From: an uncultured Candidatus Poseidoniales archaeon
GTDB taxonomy: Archaea > Thermoplasmatota > Poseidoniia > Poseidoniales > Thalassarchaeaceae
Assembly: GCA_902511005.1 (NCBI GenBank)
Contig: CABXDN010000004.1
Location: 28,404-92,403 of the forward strand
Length of the DNA stretch: 64,000 bases
Direction: 5' to 3'
Each line of letters starts with the position of its first letter. The first letter of the stretch is position 1. The notes below the pieces were generated by a model. The model searched no databases. It was given only the letters and a program-made list of their open reading frames with translations, and was not told where the DNA came from. The position numbers and the translations under genes are program-made. Of the stretch, positions 29,342 to 40,089 are shown one piece after another.

Positions 29342-31762
29342 GTGACTATGTCTGACAGCAAACCAATTGTTATTGATAAAGAAACTTGGAATCAAAATGA
29401 GTTTCTAGAAACCATTTGCAATCGCTATTTTATTATCGGTAATCAATCTAGTATTGGTAATATCTCATGGGAGATTAATAGTCGTAATGACGAGGATATT
29501 AGCTCAAGTCTCGTTCTTCTTAACAAGCATCTCAAACCTCTAAGTTTGATAGGGTTATTAGATGAGGGTAATCCTCCTACATTGACAATAACAAGATATC
29601 CAGTTGATCCCGTATATGTTCCATTCTGGCAGCAGATATTAATTTGGGTGACAATGTTTTCATTTACTACATTAGCAGGAAGTTATTGGATATCTCAATA
29701 TGAGGCGAGTAATTCAGTACTGGCATTTGAGTCATTAAAAGAATCCTTTGTATATTTTAGTTTCCCTATTTTCTCCGTTACCATGTCGGCTCATCTTTTT
29801 AGAAAATATATTGCATCCCTCTTTGAGGTCGAAGTTGGTAATTTAGTACCAGTAGCATTTCCTTTGATATCTCCCTTCTGGCCATTTGGAATTGTAGGTG
29901 TTTTTGGTCAAAAGCGCATTGATACCATAACATATCCGAATCGTCGTTCGTTAGGTTTGATTGAATCATCATCTGCATTTGTATTCTTAATAGGAGGTTC
30001 TATTTTATCGCTCATAGGTATTACATTGACCTCTGATTTACCTCCCGAAATTATATCTAATCCAATACTATTAGAATTAAACGTTATAGTTGATTTATTG
30101 TCGAATCTATTTATTGATTCGGATATCTCAGTAAGGCTTCAGTGGGTCCACCCATTAGTTCTAGCAGGTTCTGGATTATCGATAATTGGTTGGATACTTC
30201 TTCTCCCTATACCTGGGTTCCCTGGTGATAGAATTTTACATTCAATACTTGGTCCTAAAAACCTCGAATCAAATGAAAATGAAACTTCATTATTCTTAAT
30301 CACTCTAGGAATTATGTGCATAGTTTTCTTAGAAACTATATTTTGGCCTTGGTTGATTCTTGCATCATTGGCATCTTGGAGAAGATTTAGTGGAGATCAT
30401 ATACCAACTCCCTTGGTAGTAGATGAGGCATTTGGTATTGATAGGAAATTTCGAAATACATTTACTACAGCGATAGTTGTTGCATTACTGCTAGGTTTTC
30501 CAGGAGTTCACCCAGTTAAACAAATTTCTAATTTAGAAGAGGGCTTGGATATATCGAGTTGGGATAATCAGATAGATTACCTAGATGAAGGGATTAATTC
30601 TTTGGGTCTGTATCCTTCAGGGATAATGCCTGTTTCTGGGACAATACAGGTTTTAATCGAGGGAGATAATGAAAGATGGGATATTGACTCTGAATGTTTT
30701 GATGATAAATTAATTTGCTATTTTGAAAATATCAGTCAAAATAATCATGGTTCATTTGACTTTTCGATTTTAGATAATAATTTAACCGAAACTTCTCCAG
30801 TACAGTTACGTTTTATCATAGAGACAGGAGACTCAACTAAAGAACATGTTATCGCAGTCAAGTATCCTAATATCACATCTCCCGATCCTCTTTGGCATAG
30901 AGATGATGAATCTCCAAAAGAAAGAATTTGTATAAATATTGAAGTTATTGAAAACCAATCTGGTAATTTAACCGTAAGTTCAAATCCATTCTGGTCAATA
31001 GAAAATTCAAGTTTCCTTTCAGGGGGTGAGAATGAATTATGCCTTATATCAGAAAAAGGAGGCTGGGAATCGTTAAAAATCGGTAATTCAGGAATTTCTG
31101 GCTATAGAATGGGACCTATTGTTGAATTTGAATCTGATAATGGCGAAAAAACAATTTGGAATTTGCCGATTGAAAATTCTTATGTTAATATATACCTGAA
31201 TCAAACCACTGGTCTTAGATTAAATCAAGTCACAGATGGTGTACTATATTCCGACACATTCAGCTCACCGTTCTGTCCTTCTGAAAATATTATTCCGACA
31301 TTAGACTCGAATTCAACGGATAATCTTACTCTTTTGATAGGTTCACCAATTATTATTGATGGAGATTATGAGAATAGGAGTATATTGGTCCCTGAAAGCG
31401 GATGGATAGTAAATTGTGATGCTGAAAATTCAAGGGCATATTCTCTGAAATCAGGTTTTGATATAGACATAGACGGTTTAATGATGAATGACTCAAAATT
31501 ACCATTCTCAGATCTAACTATTAATTCAAGGGAAGACACGGATCTAAGTTTAACTCTAGACATATCTAGTAATTTAAGAAATGACTCTGGATTAGAAATC
31601 TCATTGCCAGATTCAATCCCTGCAAATGATTCAGTAGATATTGGAATCAATTTTAATGAAATAGATAGTGAAATCTGGAAAGTATTTTGGATTACCCAAG
31701 ATTCCGATAGTTTAACTCTACATTTTGTATTAAAATGCCCCATTGGGGGATGCAACAATTGA
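29342..31762 (+). CDS. Site-2 protease (M50)-like membrane protein lacking zinc ligands, with large C-terminal soluble domain
   Basis: TM layout and segments FTTLAG, PFGIVGVF, HPLVLAG-GL and LLPIPGFPGDRIL match archaeal M50. HExxH is replaced by AHLFRK. Confidence 0.7.
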   Translation: MTMSDSKPIVIDKETWNQNEFLETICNRYFIIGNQSSIGNISWEINSRNDEDISSSLVLLNKHLKPLSLIGLLDEGNPPTLTITRYPVDPVYVPFWQQILIWVTMFSFTTLAGSYWISQYEASNSVLAFESLKESFVYFSFPIFSVTMSAHLFRKYIASLFEVEVGNLVPVAFPLISPFWPFGIVGVFGQKRIDTITYPNRRSLGLIESSSAFVFLIGGSILSLIGITLTSDLPPEIISNPILLELNVIVDLLSNLFIDSDISVRLQWVHPLVLAGSGLSIIGWILLLPIPGFPGDRILHSILGPKNLESNENETSLFLITLGIMCIVFLETIFWPWLILASLASWRRFSGDHIPTPLVVDEAFGIDRKFRNTFTTAIVVALLLGFPGVHPVKQISNLEEGLDISSWDNQIDYLDEGINSLGLYPSGIMPVSGTIQVLIEGDNERWDIDSECFDDKLICYFENISQNNHGSFDFSILDNNLTETSPVQLRFIIETGDSTKEHVIAVKYPNITSPDPLWHRDDESPKERICINIEVIENQSGNLTVSSNPFWSIENSSFLSGGENELCLISEKGGWESLKIGNSGISGYRMGPIVEFESDNGEKTIWNLPIENSYVNIYLNQTTGLRLNQVTDGVLYSDTFSSPFCPSENIIPTLDSNSTDNLTLLIGSPIIIDGDYENRSILVPESGWIVNCDAENSRAYSLKSGFDIDIDGLMMNDSKLPFSDLTINSREDTDLSLTLDISSNLRNDSGLEISLPDSIPANDSVDIGINFNEIDSEIWKVFWITQDSDSLTLHFVLKCPIGGCNN

Positions 31763-32709
31763 GAGTGGCAATAATTGGGGTAGGTTCTATTGGAGGGATT
31801 ATTCTTGGTGCTATGGCAGATACTGATGTAGATTTAGTCTGTATTTCTAGGGGTTCCACTGCAACAAGTTTGTCTAACTTGGGACTAGTTTTACACACTC
31901 CTGAAGGGAGCATAGAAGTTGTCCCTTCCGAAAGATATCTGCTAGTAGACAGTCAAGCTGGTCCTCTTTCAGAGCAGATACGAGGTACCTGCGATATCGC
32001 AATAATTTGTGGGAAGACGCTTGATACACCAGCATTAGCCGAATTAGCATCCGAGGTACTTACAGAAAACGGATATGCGTTGACTATCCAAAATGGGTTG
32101 GGTAACGCAGAAATATTAGCCAATAGGATTGGTCGTGAACGTATATTTGTCGGTTCACTTACCCATGCAGCCTGGCGAAGTGATGAAGGAGAGGTTCATT
32201 GGGTAGGTAGAGGGAGTATTAATCTCGGTGCATTGAACATAGAAGAAAATGTTAGAGCAGAACCTCTTCTAAGGATTCTTAATGATGCCGATCTCAATGC
32301 TACATTAAGTAATGATATTCAACAGATTCTTTGGAAAAAATTACTGATTAATGTCGCAATTAACCCAGTTTGCGCTATTGCTGGAGTTCGTAATGGGGCT
32401 CTTTTAGAAGTCAATTCACTTTGGCAACAAGCAATGCAGGCTATGCGTGAAGCCGCTATTGTAGCACGCGCTAGTGGAGTAGATTTAGGCGATATAAAAT
32501 TAGAAAAGTATCTTCGAGAAGTAGTAACGATCTCTCCTGAGAATAGATGCTCGATGCTACAAGATATAATGGCAGGCAGACCTACTGAGATTGATGCATT
32601 ATGTGGTGCAGTAGTTCTAAGGGGTGAGGCTGAAGGAATACCGACCCCTTGTAATGCAATATTACATGGGCTGATCAAAGGGATTGAAAAGTCTTCTAAA
32701 TTTGATTGA
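31750..32709 (+). CDS. panE: 2-dehydropantoate 2-reductase
   Basis: IGVGSIGG, TIQNGLG, WKKLLINVAINP, SMLQDI-GR-TEIDALCG and PTPCN. Confidence 0.93.
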   Translation: MQQLRVAIIGVGSIGGIILGAMADTDVDLVCISRGSTATSLSNLGLVLHTPEGSIEVVPSERYLLVDSQAGPLSEQIRGTCDIAIICGKTLDTPALAELASEVLTENGYALTIQNGLGNAEILANRIGRERIFVGSLTHAAWRSDEGEVHWVGRGSINLGALNIEENVRAEPLLRILNDADLNATLSNDIQQILWKKLLINVAINPVCAIAGVRNGALLEVNSLWQQAMQAMREAAIVARASGVDLGDIKLEKYLREVVTISPENRCSMLQDIMAGRPTEIDALCGAVVLRGEAEGIPTPCNAILHGLIKGIEKSSKFD

Positions 32710-32712
32710 TAT

Positions 32713-34347
32713 TTATTCTAAGTCTTTATTGTAATGTAAGCCAATATTTTCTTTCCTAGATAATGATGCACTAACTACAATTTTTGCAACTTGTATAAGG
32801 TTTCTTAGTTCTACTAGATCTTGTGTAGGTTTACATCTTTCCCAGATTATATTAACTTCATTTTCTAAATGATTGATTCTTCTTTCTGCTCTTTTCAGTC
32901 TATCGTTACTTTTTACAATCCCTACATCCATTGTCATAGTTGTTCTCAGGGCGTCTAAATCTGTACGTAAAGGCGAATGTTCAATTAATGTGGAAAGATT
33001 ATCTGCGCGCCAGAGTGGAATATTTTTAGGTAACTTCTGTAATTCATTTTGATTGTATTTTTCAATTATATTTTTCGCTGCCCGTTCTGAATATACCACC
33101 GCTTCAAGAAGACTGTTTGATGCTAGCCGATTTGCTCCATGTAACCCGGTTCTTGCTACTTCTCCAATTGCATAAAGTCCTGGCATCTTTTTATCATTTA
33201 CAAGCGCATGACCATAGTGGTTAACATTCACACCACCGACCATGTAGTGAGCAGCTGGAATCACAGGAATCGGATCTTTCCCAATAGAAATTCCATAGGA
33301 TTTTAATTTTTTATCTATATTTGGAAACTTTTCAATCAATTTATTTTGATTTAAGTGTTCAGTAATCAGAAATACATGTTTATCTCCCGTTTTCTTTAAT
33401 TCGGAATCAATAGCTCTTGCTACAATATCTCTTGTACCAAGTGATCCCATTTCAGAATATTTATTCATAAATGAATGGTGCTCTGGGTTTTCAAATTCTG
33501 ATTTTTTCCAGTTTTTAATATCCTGTTTAGTCATTAAAATTGCACCATATCCTCTCATTGCTTCAGTAATTAAAAATGGTCTGGAACTATCTAAGGACAA
33601 TGATGTGGGGTGGAATTGTATAAATTCAATATCTTTAATATCTGCTCCAACTCTAAGTGCCATTCCAACTCCATCACCTGTTGCAATTGATGGGTTTGTT
33701 GTCGAACGATGTAGGTAACCAACCCCTCCTGTAGCTAAAACTATCGCTTTTGCAGGTAATGTATGTACTACTCCTGAAGGTGCAAGGCACCAAACACCAA
33801 CCACTCCCTTTTCTGGCGATCGATATTCTTTCTGAATTAGATCAATTCCCATCCAATTTTCTAGTATTACAAATCTGTCATCAATTTCTCCCGATGTGGA
33901 CTTAGTTAGTGCTCTCTCAATTTCTTCTCCAGTGGCGTCCTTTGAATGTAGTATTCTTTCATCTGAGTGTCCGCCTTCTCTAACTCTATCAAATTCTCCA
34001 CTCTCATTCTTATCAAAACGGACTCCGTGTTTGATTAAATCTCTTATTCTATCCGCTGCTTCTAATACTACTGATTCAACTACTTCTTCATTGCAAAGCC
34101 CGGCGCCGGCAGAAATGGTATCTTTTACATGGGCATCAATAGCATCTTGATCTTCTGGGTTAAGTACACCAGCAATTCCTCCTTGTGCCCAATTTGTATT
34201 CGATGTAGAGATATTCTTTTTAGTAATTAAAGCAACATTCAGTCCCTTCTGTACGCAACGATGTGCTAAAAATAAGCCCGCTATCCCTGAACCAATAACT
34301 GCAACATCTACTGGCTCCATTAATTCGTCTTCGACGATGTCACCCAT
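32713..34347 (-). CDS. nadB: L-aspartate oxidase
   Basis: GSGIAGL, WAQGGI, EGGHS-RILH, QFHPT, LITEAMRG, PAAHY-VGG, GLHGANRLASNSLLE and GLHY. Confidence 0.95.
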   Translation of the reverse strand: MGDIVEDELMEPVDVAVIGSGIAGLFLAHRCVQKGLNVALITKKNISTSNTNWAQGGIAGVLNPEDQDAIDAHVKDTISAGAGLCNEEVVESVVLEAADRIRDLIKHGVRFDKNESGEFDRVREGGHSDERILHSKDATGEEIERALTKSTSGEIDDRFVILENWMGIDLIQKEYRSPEKGVVGVWCLAPSGVVHTLPAKAIVLATGGVGYLHRSTTNPSIATGDGVGMALRVGADIKDIEFIQFHPTSLSLDSSRPFLITEAMRGYGAILMTKQDIKNWKKSEFENPEHHSFMNKYSEMGSLGTRDIVARAIDSELKKTGDKHVFLITEHLNQNKLIEKFPNIDKKLKSYGISIGKDPIPVIPAAHYMVGGVNVNHYGHALVNDKKMPGLYAIGEVARTGLHGANRLASNSLLEAVVYSERAAKNIIEKYNQNELQKLPKNIPLWRADNLSTLIEHSPLRTDLDALRTTMTMDVGIVKSNDRLKRAERRINHLENEVNIIWERCKPTQDLVELRNLIQVAKIVVSASLSRKENIGLHYNKDLE

Positions 34348-34526
34348 ATTACTCTCGATGGGGGGGCTCTGAATGAATCTTCGCTTATTTTTCCGGTTAA
34401 CGGCCTAAAATAAGAGGTCTATTTTTCGCTCTGCTGCGCTCTTGTCCTCCTCAATGTTCATAGACGGAAATGCGGCAGCCAACTAATGATGTCGGCGAGA
34501 AATTGCTGATATTATATGGTGATGGG

Positions 34527-37500
34527 ATGCATCTAGTAAGAATTGAACTTGAAAATTTCAAATCATTTGGTGGACAAATAATTATACCATTTGAGGAGGG
34601 ATTCACTGCAATAACAGGCCCTAATGGTTCAGGGAAGTCTAATTGTGGAGATGCTATACAATTTGTTTTAGGGCCTAAATCTACTCGTTCTCTTCGTGCA
34701 TCTAATGTTTCAGAATTAATATTCAACGGTGGAGGCGGAGGGAAAGCTGCTCGAAATATGTCTGCAACGCTTGTTTTTGAAAACTCGCCCGAATCTGATG
34801 GTCGCCGTAGATTAAGAATTGATACCGAAGAAGTTTCATTTACGCGTTCAGTCAGATTAAACCGTAAAAACGATACGATTTCATCATATTACATCAATGG
34901 TAATCCTTCTACTGCCACTGAAATGAGGAGAGTTTTGGCTGAAGCAGGCCTACATGGCGATGGTTACAACATTGTATTGCAAGGAGATGTCACGAATCTG
35001 GCCTCTATGACTCCTCACAAAAGGAGAGGAGTCCTTGAAGAAGTAGCTGGGGTGACTGCTTATGACGATGAAATACGTCGTGCTAATAATCAACGTAAGG
35101 TAGTCGAAAACAATATTGAAACTATCGATTTATTTGAAGAAGAACAAAAAACAAGGCTAAAAGGTTTGGAAAAAGAGCGCCAACAGGCATTGAAATTTAA
35201 AGATCTGAAAGATGAATTAGATTTGAACAAGGTAGTCCTTCAACAATCTAGGCACCGTAATAGATTAGATGAGGTCAGACTTTTGGGCGAGGAGCGTTCA
35301 AGTTATTCTGAACAAATCACTGGCCTCACAGAGAATATAAGGGCTGGGAATCAAAATCTAGGCAACTTCGATGAAGAACTTGTACAAATTGGAAATGATT
35401 TAGATGATATAATGAGCGGAGACGCGAGAGAATTACTAGATACTATTCGTCAACATGAAATTGATATCGAAACTAATTCTGACAGAGTAGGCGATCAATT
35501 GAAAATTATCGAATCTACTGAAGAAGATATTGAAATTATTCGAGAAGATTATGAAAGCGCAGAGAATGCAAGGGAGTCTGGTCAAGAAGAGTTGAATCAA
35601 GCCAAGGAATCTTTATTGAAAGCAGACTCTGATCTTATTCAGGCTGCTTCTGACGAGAAACAAGCAAGGGAGGCAATCCAGTCAGGAGATAGACATGGTC
35701 GTGATTTAAATCGTGCACTTGGTCAAGCAACCGACTTAGTTGCAGAAAAGCATCAAGAGTATTCTATTGCTAGATTAGAATCAGATAGGGCGGAGCAAAC
35801 TGCTCAAATTTCCTCCGAAAAACTAGCAGATTTGGAAGAAGAATACGAACAAGCGACACTTAATAGAGATGATTTAACATTAGTCGGAGAAGAGATTCAA
35901 GGTGGTGGAGGACAGGTAGACCGAACTGCTTTGGCGAATGAATTACAAAGATTAACTAAGCAAGAAATTGGATTGCGTGAAGATCGAGATCGCTCTGAAG
36001 TTAAGGCTAGAGATGCAGAAGTTGAATTGGCAAAGGCCAGAGCAAGACAAGAAGCCAAAGCAAATAGGCCAGGGTCGGCTATAACTATAGCTGCTCTAAC
36101 AAAATTAAGGCAGAGCGGAGAGATTAAGGGCATTCTTGGCACATTAGGTGAGTTATGTTCTCCAAAAGATGCAGCGCATGAAGATGCATTAGCATTAGCG
36201 CTAGGGAATGGTTTGAGGAGCATAGTAGTCACTAATGACGAAGTTGCAGCCGAGTGTATCAAGTGGCTTCGACTTAATGTTGGAGGGCGTGCAACATTCT
36301 TACCTCTAAATAAATTGAATGTATCTAGGCCACAAGGAAGGACATTAATTGTCGCTAGAAATCAGGGAGTCCTTGGTTTTGCTCATGATTTACTAGATTA
36401 TGACTTAGAAGTCGATATTGCAGTTAGATATGCCTCTAGAAATACCCTGATTGTACAATCAATGGATGTGGCACGAAAGAATATGGGCGGTGTCCGCATG
36501 GTTACACTGAAAGGAGATATCATCGAAGGTTCAGGTGCAATGACTGGAGGTTCTCCTGCAGGCTCTTCAAGGCCGCGTTTCGGGGGGGGCAGTCCGGGGC
36601 AACTAGGTTCTGAGAGGCTTGAGAGATCAGTTGAAGAAGCGAATCTAATTTATTCAACTGTTGAAGCAGCATTAAGAGAATTACGTACTAATCAACAGAA
36701 ATTACGTGATCAAATCCATGGTCTAGACGATAGTGATCAATCGGTTAAGATACGTGAGTGGAAATCTGATCTTTCACGTGCGCAGAAAGATGTTGATGAG
36801 ATAGGTAAAAAGATTATATCTGCTAGAGATGAATTCTCACGTGTTGATAAATTATTCATTTCATCTAAGGAAGCGGCCGATAAAGCGAATCTGGATCATG
36901 AAGAATCGCTCAAATCAAGATCTGACGCCGCTACTGCACTTCAAAATCATACACCCGATCATCTTTCAGAAATATTAAGGAACGCAGAAAAAACAAGGAC
37001 AGATGCTGAAAGGACGAAGATTGTATCCGATGCTGCAATTCTTAATGGGACTGAAAGAATGGATATTCTTTCGAATAGGTTGTCTGAACTTTCCAGACAA
37101 ATAAACAATAAAGAAAAATTAATTTCTGACGCTAGGGAGGCAATAGTTTCTCTGCAAGAATCTATAACTAATTCTCAAGAGTTATTGGTGGACTTAAAGG
37201 GACAATCTTCACAATTTGATGAAGAACAGCAAATTCTAACCCAACGTCGAGAAATAATTATTGAAGAGAGAGCGAGTTTAAGGGCTACTCTAGATTCACA
37301 TTCTCAGAAACGTGAAACATTAACCTCAAGGATTGAAGAATTGAATATTCAAATCCAACAAAAAAGAGCGGCAGTGAATGAAATTGTCGCAGAATTAGCA
37401 GATGCGGAAATCGACGTACCATCTGCTGACATCCAATTACCCACTGTGGCCGAGGCGGAAAGAGTAGTGCAGGGACTCGAACGTCGCCTCGGTCATCTAG

Positions 37501-38459
37501 GTGATGTCAATATGTTAGCTATAGAGCAATACGACATTGCAGTCGAACGTGTAGCTGGGCTAATAGAAGATGGAAAAATACTCCGGCAAAGGCGTGACGA
37601 CCTTGTAGGTATTGCAGATAGACTTGAATCTGAGAGGAAAAAGAGGCTTCTCCTAGTATTTGAACACGTAAATAGAAATTTCAGTCGTGTGTATGCGCAG
37701 TTACAACCCGGTGGAATAGGTAGTCTTCGGTTAGAGAATCTAAAGAATCCATTTGACGGAGGTCTTGAGATGGACTGCGTACCTCCTGGTAAGAATAGTA
37801 AAACTCGTAGAAATTTATTATCAGGTGGTGAAAAATCGATGGCTGCTCTAGCCCTAATATTCGCGATACAAGATTACGAGCCAAGTCCATTCTATTATTT
37901 CGATGAGGTTGATCAAAATTTAGATCCATTTAATTCTGAATTAATTGCTGCACTTTGTTTAATGCGTTCACAAAGGGCGCAATTCATCATGGTCACATTA
38001 AGAAAAGTCAGTTTGAATCTCGCTAATCACCATATCGGTATCACCCATGCAGGTGATGGATGTAGTCGCCGAATAACTGATTTCGATCGTGCTGCTGCGC
38101 TACAGATGAGTGAAGAGATGGAAAAAGAAGAAGCCGCTCGAAAACAGTCAGAAACTGAACGTTCAGAATTAGTATTACCTGATCCTGAAAAGATGCCACG
38201 AGTCCCTGAGCCTCTTGGGACTCCTAAGTCATTAGGGGGTCTGGCGGAAAGGGCAGGTTTAGATATTGATGAATCCGAGGTAGATGAGATAGGTGAAGAA
38301 TCTTCAAAAACTGGGGATTTAATCGCATTAAGGGAAAGAACTGAAGATTGGACTGAAGATATTGAGGAAGCTGATATAATTCAAAATGCATTGGTCGATG
38401 AAGAAAATCTCAAGAATAGTAATGACGAGGTTACTTCACCTGAAGTAGAAATTGAGTGA
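34527..38459 (+). CDS. smc: Chromosome segregation ATPase SMC
   Basis: LENFKSF, GPNGSGKSN, VLQGDV, coiled coils, hinge GRATFLPL...GAMTGG, LSGGEKS and FDEVD. Confidence 0.97.
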   Translation: MHLVRIELENFKSFGGQIIIPFEEGFTAITGPNGSGKSNCGDAIQFVLGPKSTRSLRASNVSELIFNGGGGGKAARNMSATLVFENSPESDGRRRLRIDTEEVSFTRSVRLNRKNDTISSYYINGNPSTATEMRRVLAEAGLHGDGYNIVLQGDVTNLASMTPHKRRGVLEEVAGVTAYDDEIRRANNQRKVVENNIETIDLFEEEQKTRLKGLEKERQQALKFKDLKDELDLNKVVLQQSRHRNRLDEVRLLGEERSSYSEQITGLTENIRAGNQNLGNFDEELVQIGNDLDDIMSGDARELLDTIRQHEIDIETNSDRVGDQLKIIESTEEDIEIIREDYESAENARESGQEELNQAKESLLKADSDLIQAASDEKQAREAIQSGDRHGRDLNRALGQATDLVAEKHQEYSIARLESDRAEQTAQISSEKLADLEEEYEQATLNRDDLTLVGEEIQGGGGQVDRTALANELQRLTKQEIGLREDRDRSEVKARDAEVELAKARARQEAKANRPGSAITIAALTKLRQSGEIKGILGTLGELCSPKDAAHEDALALALGNGLRSIVVTNDEVAAECIKWLRLNVGGRATFLPLNKLNVSRPQGRTLIVARNQGVLGFAHDLLDYDLEVDIAVRYASRNTLIVQSMDVARKNMGGVRMVTLKGDIIEGSGAMTGGSPAGSSRPRFGGGSPGQLGSERLERSVEEANLIYSTVEAALRELRTNQQKLRDQIHGLDDSDQSVKIREWKSDLSRAQKDVDEIGKKIISARDEFSRVDKLFISSKEAADKANLDHEESLKSRSDAATALQNHTPDHLSEILRNAEKTRTDAERTKIVSDAAILNGTERMDILSNRLSELSRQINNKEKLISDAREAIVSLQESITNSQELLVDLKGQSSQFDEEQQILTQRREIIIEERASLRATLDSHSQKRETLTSRIEELNIQIQQKRAAVNEIVAELADAEIDVPSADIQLPTVAEAERVVQGLERRLGHLGDVNMLAIEQYDIAVERVAGLIEDGKILRQRRDDLVGIADRLESERKKRLLLVFEHVNRNFSRVYAQLQPGGIGSLRLENLKNPFDGGLEMDCVPPGKNSKTRRNLLSGGEKSMAALALIFAIQDYEPSPFYYFDEVDQNLDPFNSELIAALCLMRSQRAQFIMVTLRKVSLNLANHHIGITHAGDGCSRRITDFDRAAALQMSEEMEKEEAARKQSETERSELVLPDPEKMPRVPEPLGTPKSLGGLAERAGLDIDESEVDEIGEESSKTGDLIALRERTEDWTEDIEEADIIQNALVDEENLKNSNDEVTSPEVEIE

Positions 38460-38467
38460 GGTGAATT

Positions 38468-39475
38468 ATGTCCGTTTTCGATGGTAACTCTATGAAAGAT
38501 GACATAGTTTCAAGATTACTTGGCGGAGAAGCAGATCTTGAAACTAATCGTTATCTTGATAGACTGGTTGAATTATCTCTTGTTGAAGAAGCAGAACATC
38601 AGTTCTTGATAGATCCCTTCGATAGGTCTGTAGCATTAGTATTCCAAATGTTCCATAATACTGATCTTGACCCATGGGACGTTGACCTTTCTGTTTTTCT
38701 AGAATTATTCAATCAAAGAATTAACGAATCAGAAAATATAGATTTACCAACATGCGGTAGATTAGTTAGGATGGCCTGGTCAATTCTCCGTGGCCAAGCC
38801 AGTTCACTTCTTGAAAGGCAAGAACGATCTCTTATTGATGAGGAGGTCGAAGAAACGTGGGATTTCGAGGATTCTTGGGAATCTGAATTTTCGGATGAAG
38901 ATTATAATTTCTCAGTAGGTGTCCTTACTGGGGCTGCTAGCGATGTGTTACCTACTATGCTCGAAGGTAGAATACATCGAGAAGAGGGGCGCCCAGTAAC
39001 TCTGGGGGAGTTACTTATGGGGCTCCAAGCAGCAGGTAGACTTTCAGAAGAACAAAAGATGCGAGAAGAAATAGCAAAAGAACGTCGCGAGGCTAATGAA
39101 AAAGCCAGAGCTAGGTTTGGAGGTAGTTTACATGTTGAGAATTTGGAAGACGATTTGAAAAGAACTTGGGATGCATTAAGGAGTCGTACTCTCGAAGAAA
39201 AAGAATCTACGAATCTTAGTGAGATAGTTGAAGTTTTAGAGAAAGGCTCTATTGATTCAGGATTAAGTATTGAAGATGCGAAATCAGAGGCTCAAGTCAC
39301 TGCGTTGATATCGTCTCTTTTTCTAACTCATCGAGGATATGCTGAAGTTTCTCAAGATCTAAATGGCAATATTTCGTTAAAAAATCTTCACCTTCGAGAC
39401 AATGACTTTTCAACTTTAACTAACCGTCTTAATCCTAAAGTAAGGCTTACTGAGAGGGTGATATCCAATGAGTGA
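38468..39475 (+). CDS. scpA: Segregation and condensation protein A (kleisin)
   Basis: LDPWDVDL, RPVTLGELL and SLFL...VSQ; directly downstream of smc. Confidence 0.88.
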   Translation: MSVFDGNSMKDDIVSRLLGGEADLETNRYLDRLVELSLVEEAEHQFLIDPFDRSVALVFQMFHNTDLDPWDVDLSVFLELFNQRINESENIDLPTCGRLVRMAWSILRGQASSLLERQERSLIDEEVEETWDFEDSWESEFSDEDYNFSVGVLTGAASDVLPTMLEGRIHREEGRPVTLGELLMGLQAAGRLSEEQKMREEIAKERREANEKARARFGGSLHVENLEDDLKRTWDALRSRTLEEKESTNLSEIVEVLEKGSIDSGLSIEDAKSEAQVTALISSLFLTHRGYAEVSQDLNGNISLKNLHLRDNDFSTLTNRLNPKVRLTERVISNE

Positions 39476-40088
39476 TGCTAGTCTTTCAATTATTCTTGAG
39501 GCGATAATGTTCACTTCAGGTCGTTCTATGTCTACAGATGAGTTATCAAAAATTGTAGATAAAACCAGTGTAGATGTAAATACTGCCCTATCTGAATTAC
39601 AAGCAAGAATTAAACGAAGACAAGATTCTGCTTTGCAATTAACTGAAGTTTCTGGCCGTTGGATATTTGAGGTTCGCCCCAGTCTTTCGCCTCATTTACC
39701 GGAATCATTCCGCCCTGACACTCCACAAAGACTCCTTCCTGCCGCTGCCTTAATCGCCTACCACCAGCCAATGGCCCAATCTCAATTGGTAGAGATGCTT
39801 GGACAAAGAGCTTACGACCACGTAAGAGAATTAGCAAACCTAGGGCTTATCGATAGGCGTAGGGATGGCCTAACGCGTCGTCTAACTACAACTAGGAGGT
39901 TTGCAGAATATTTTGGTTGCCCAGAAGTAGACTATCGCGCTGTTCGTTCATGGTTCCGTTCTGAAGCCACCAAAGCGGGCCTGACTAGTGCTCAACTTGC
40001 TGCTTCCCTTGCACCTGATGAACAAATGTCTATTTCAGAGTTTATTGAAGAAGAAAATAATTCCAATTCTACAGTATCTGAGAATTAG
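39468..40088 (+). CDS. scpB: Segregation and condensation protein B
   Basis: LEAIMFTSG, ALIAYHQP, AYDHVRELANLGLI and TTRRFAEYFG. Confidence 0.93.
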   Translation: MSDASLSIILEAIMFTSGRSMSTDELSKIVDKTSVDVNTALSELQARIKRRQDSALQLTEVSGRWIFEVRPSLSPHLPESFRPDTPQRLLPAAALIAYHQPMAQSQLVEMLGQRAYDHVRELANLGLIDRRRDGLTRRLTTTRRFAEYFGCPEVDYRAVRSWFRSEATKAGLTSAQLAASLAPDEQMSISEFIEEENNSNSTVSEN

Positions 40089-40089
40089 A

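Noticed and set aside
34391-34405. GTTAACG upstream of smc resembling the repeat core
   Set aside because: It is a single 7-mer; the same word occurs inside coding regions (e.g. near 23369 and 24408), as expected by chance.
36582-36589. G8 run in smc
   Set aside because: It is in frame (Phe-Gly-Gly-Gly-Ser) with no disruption.
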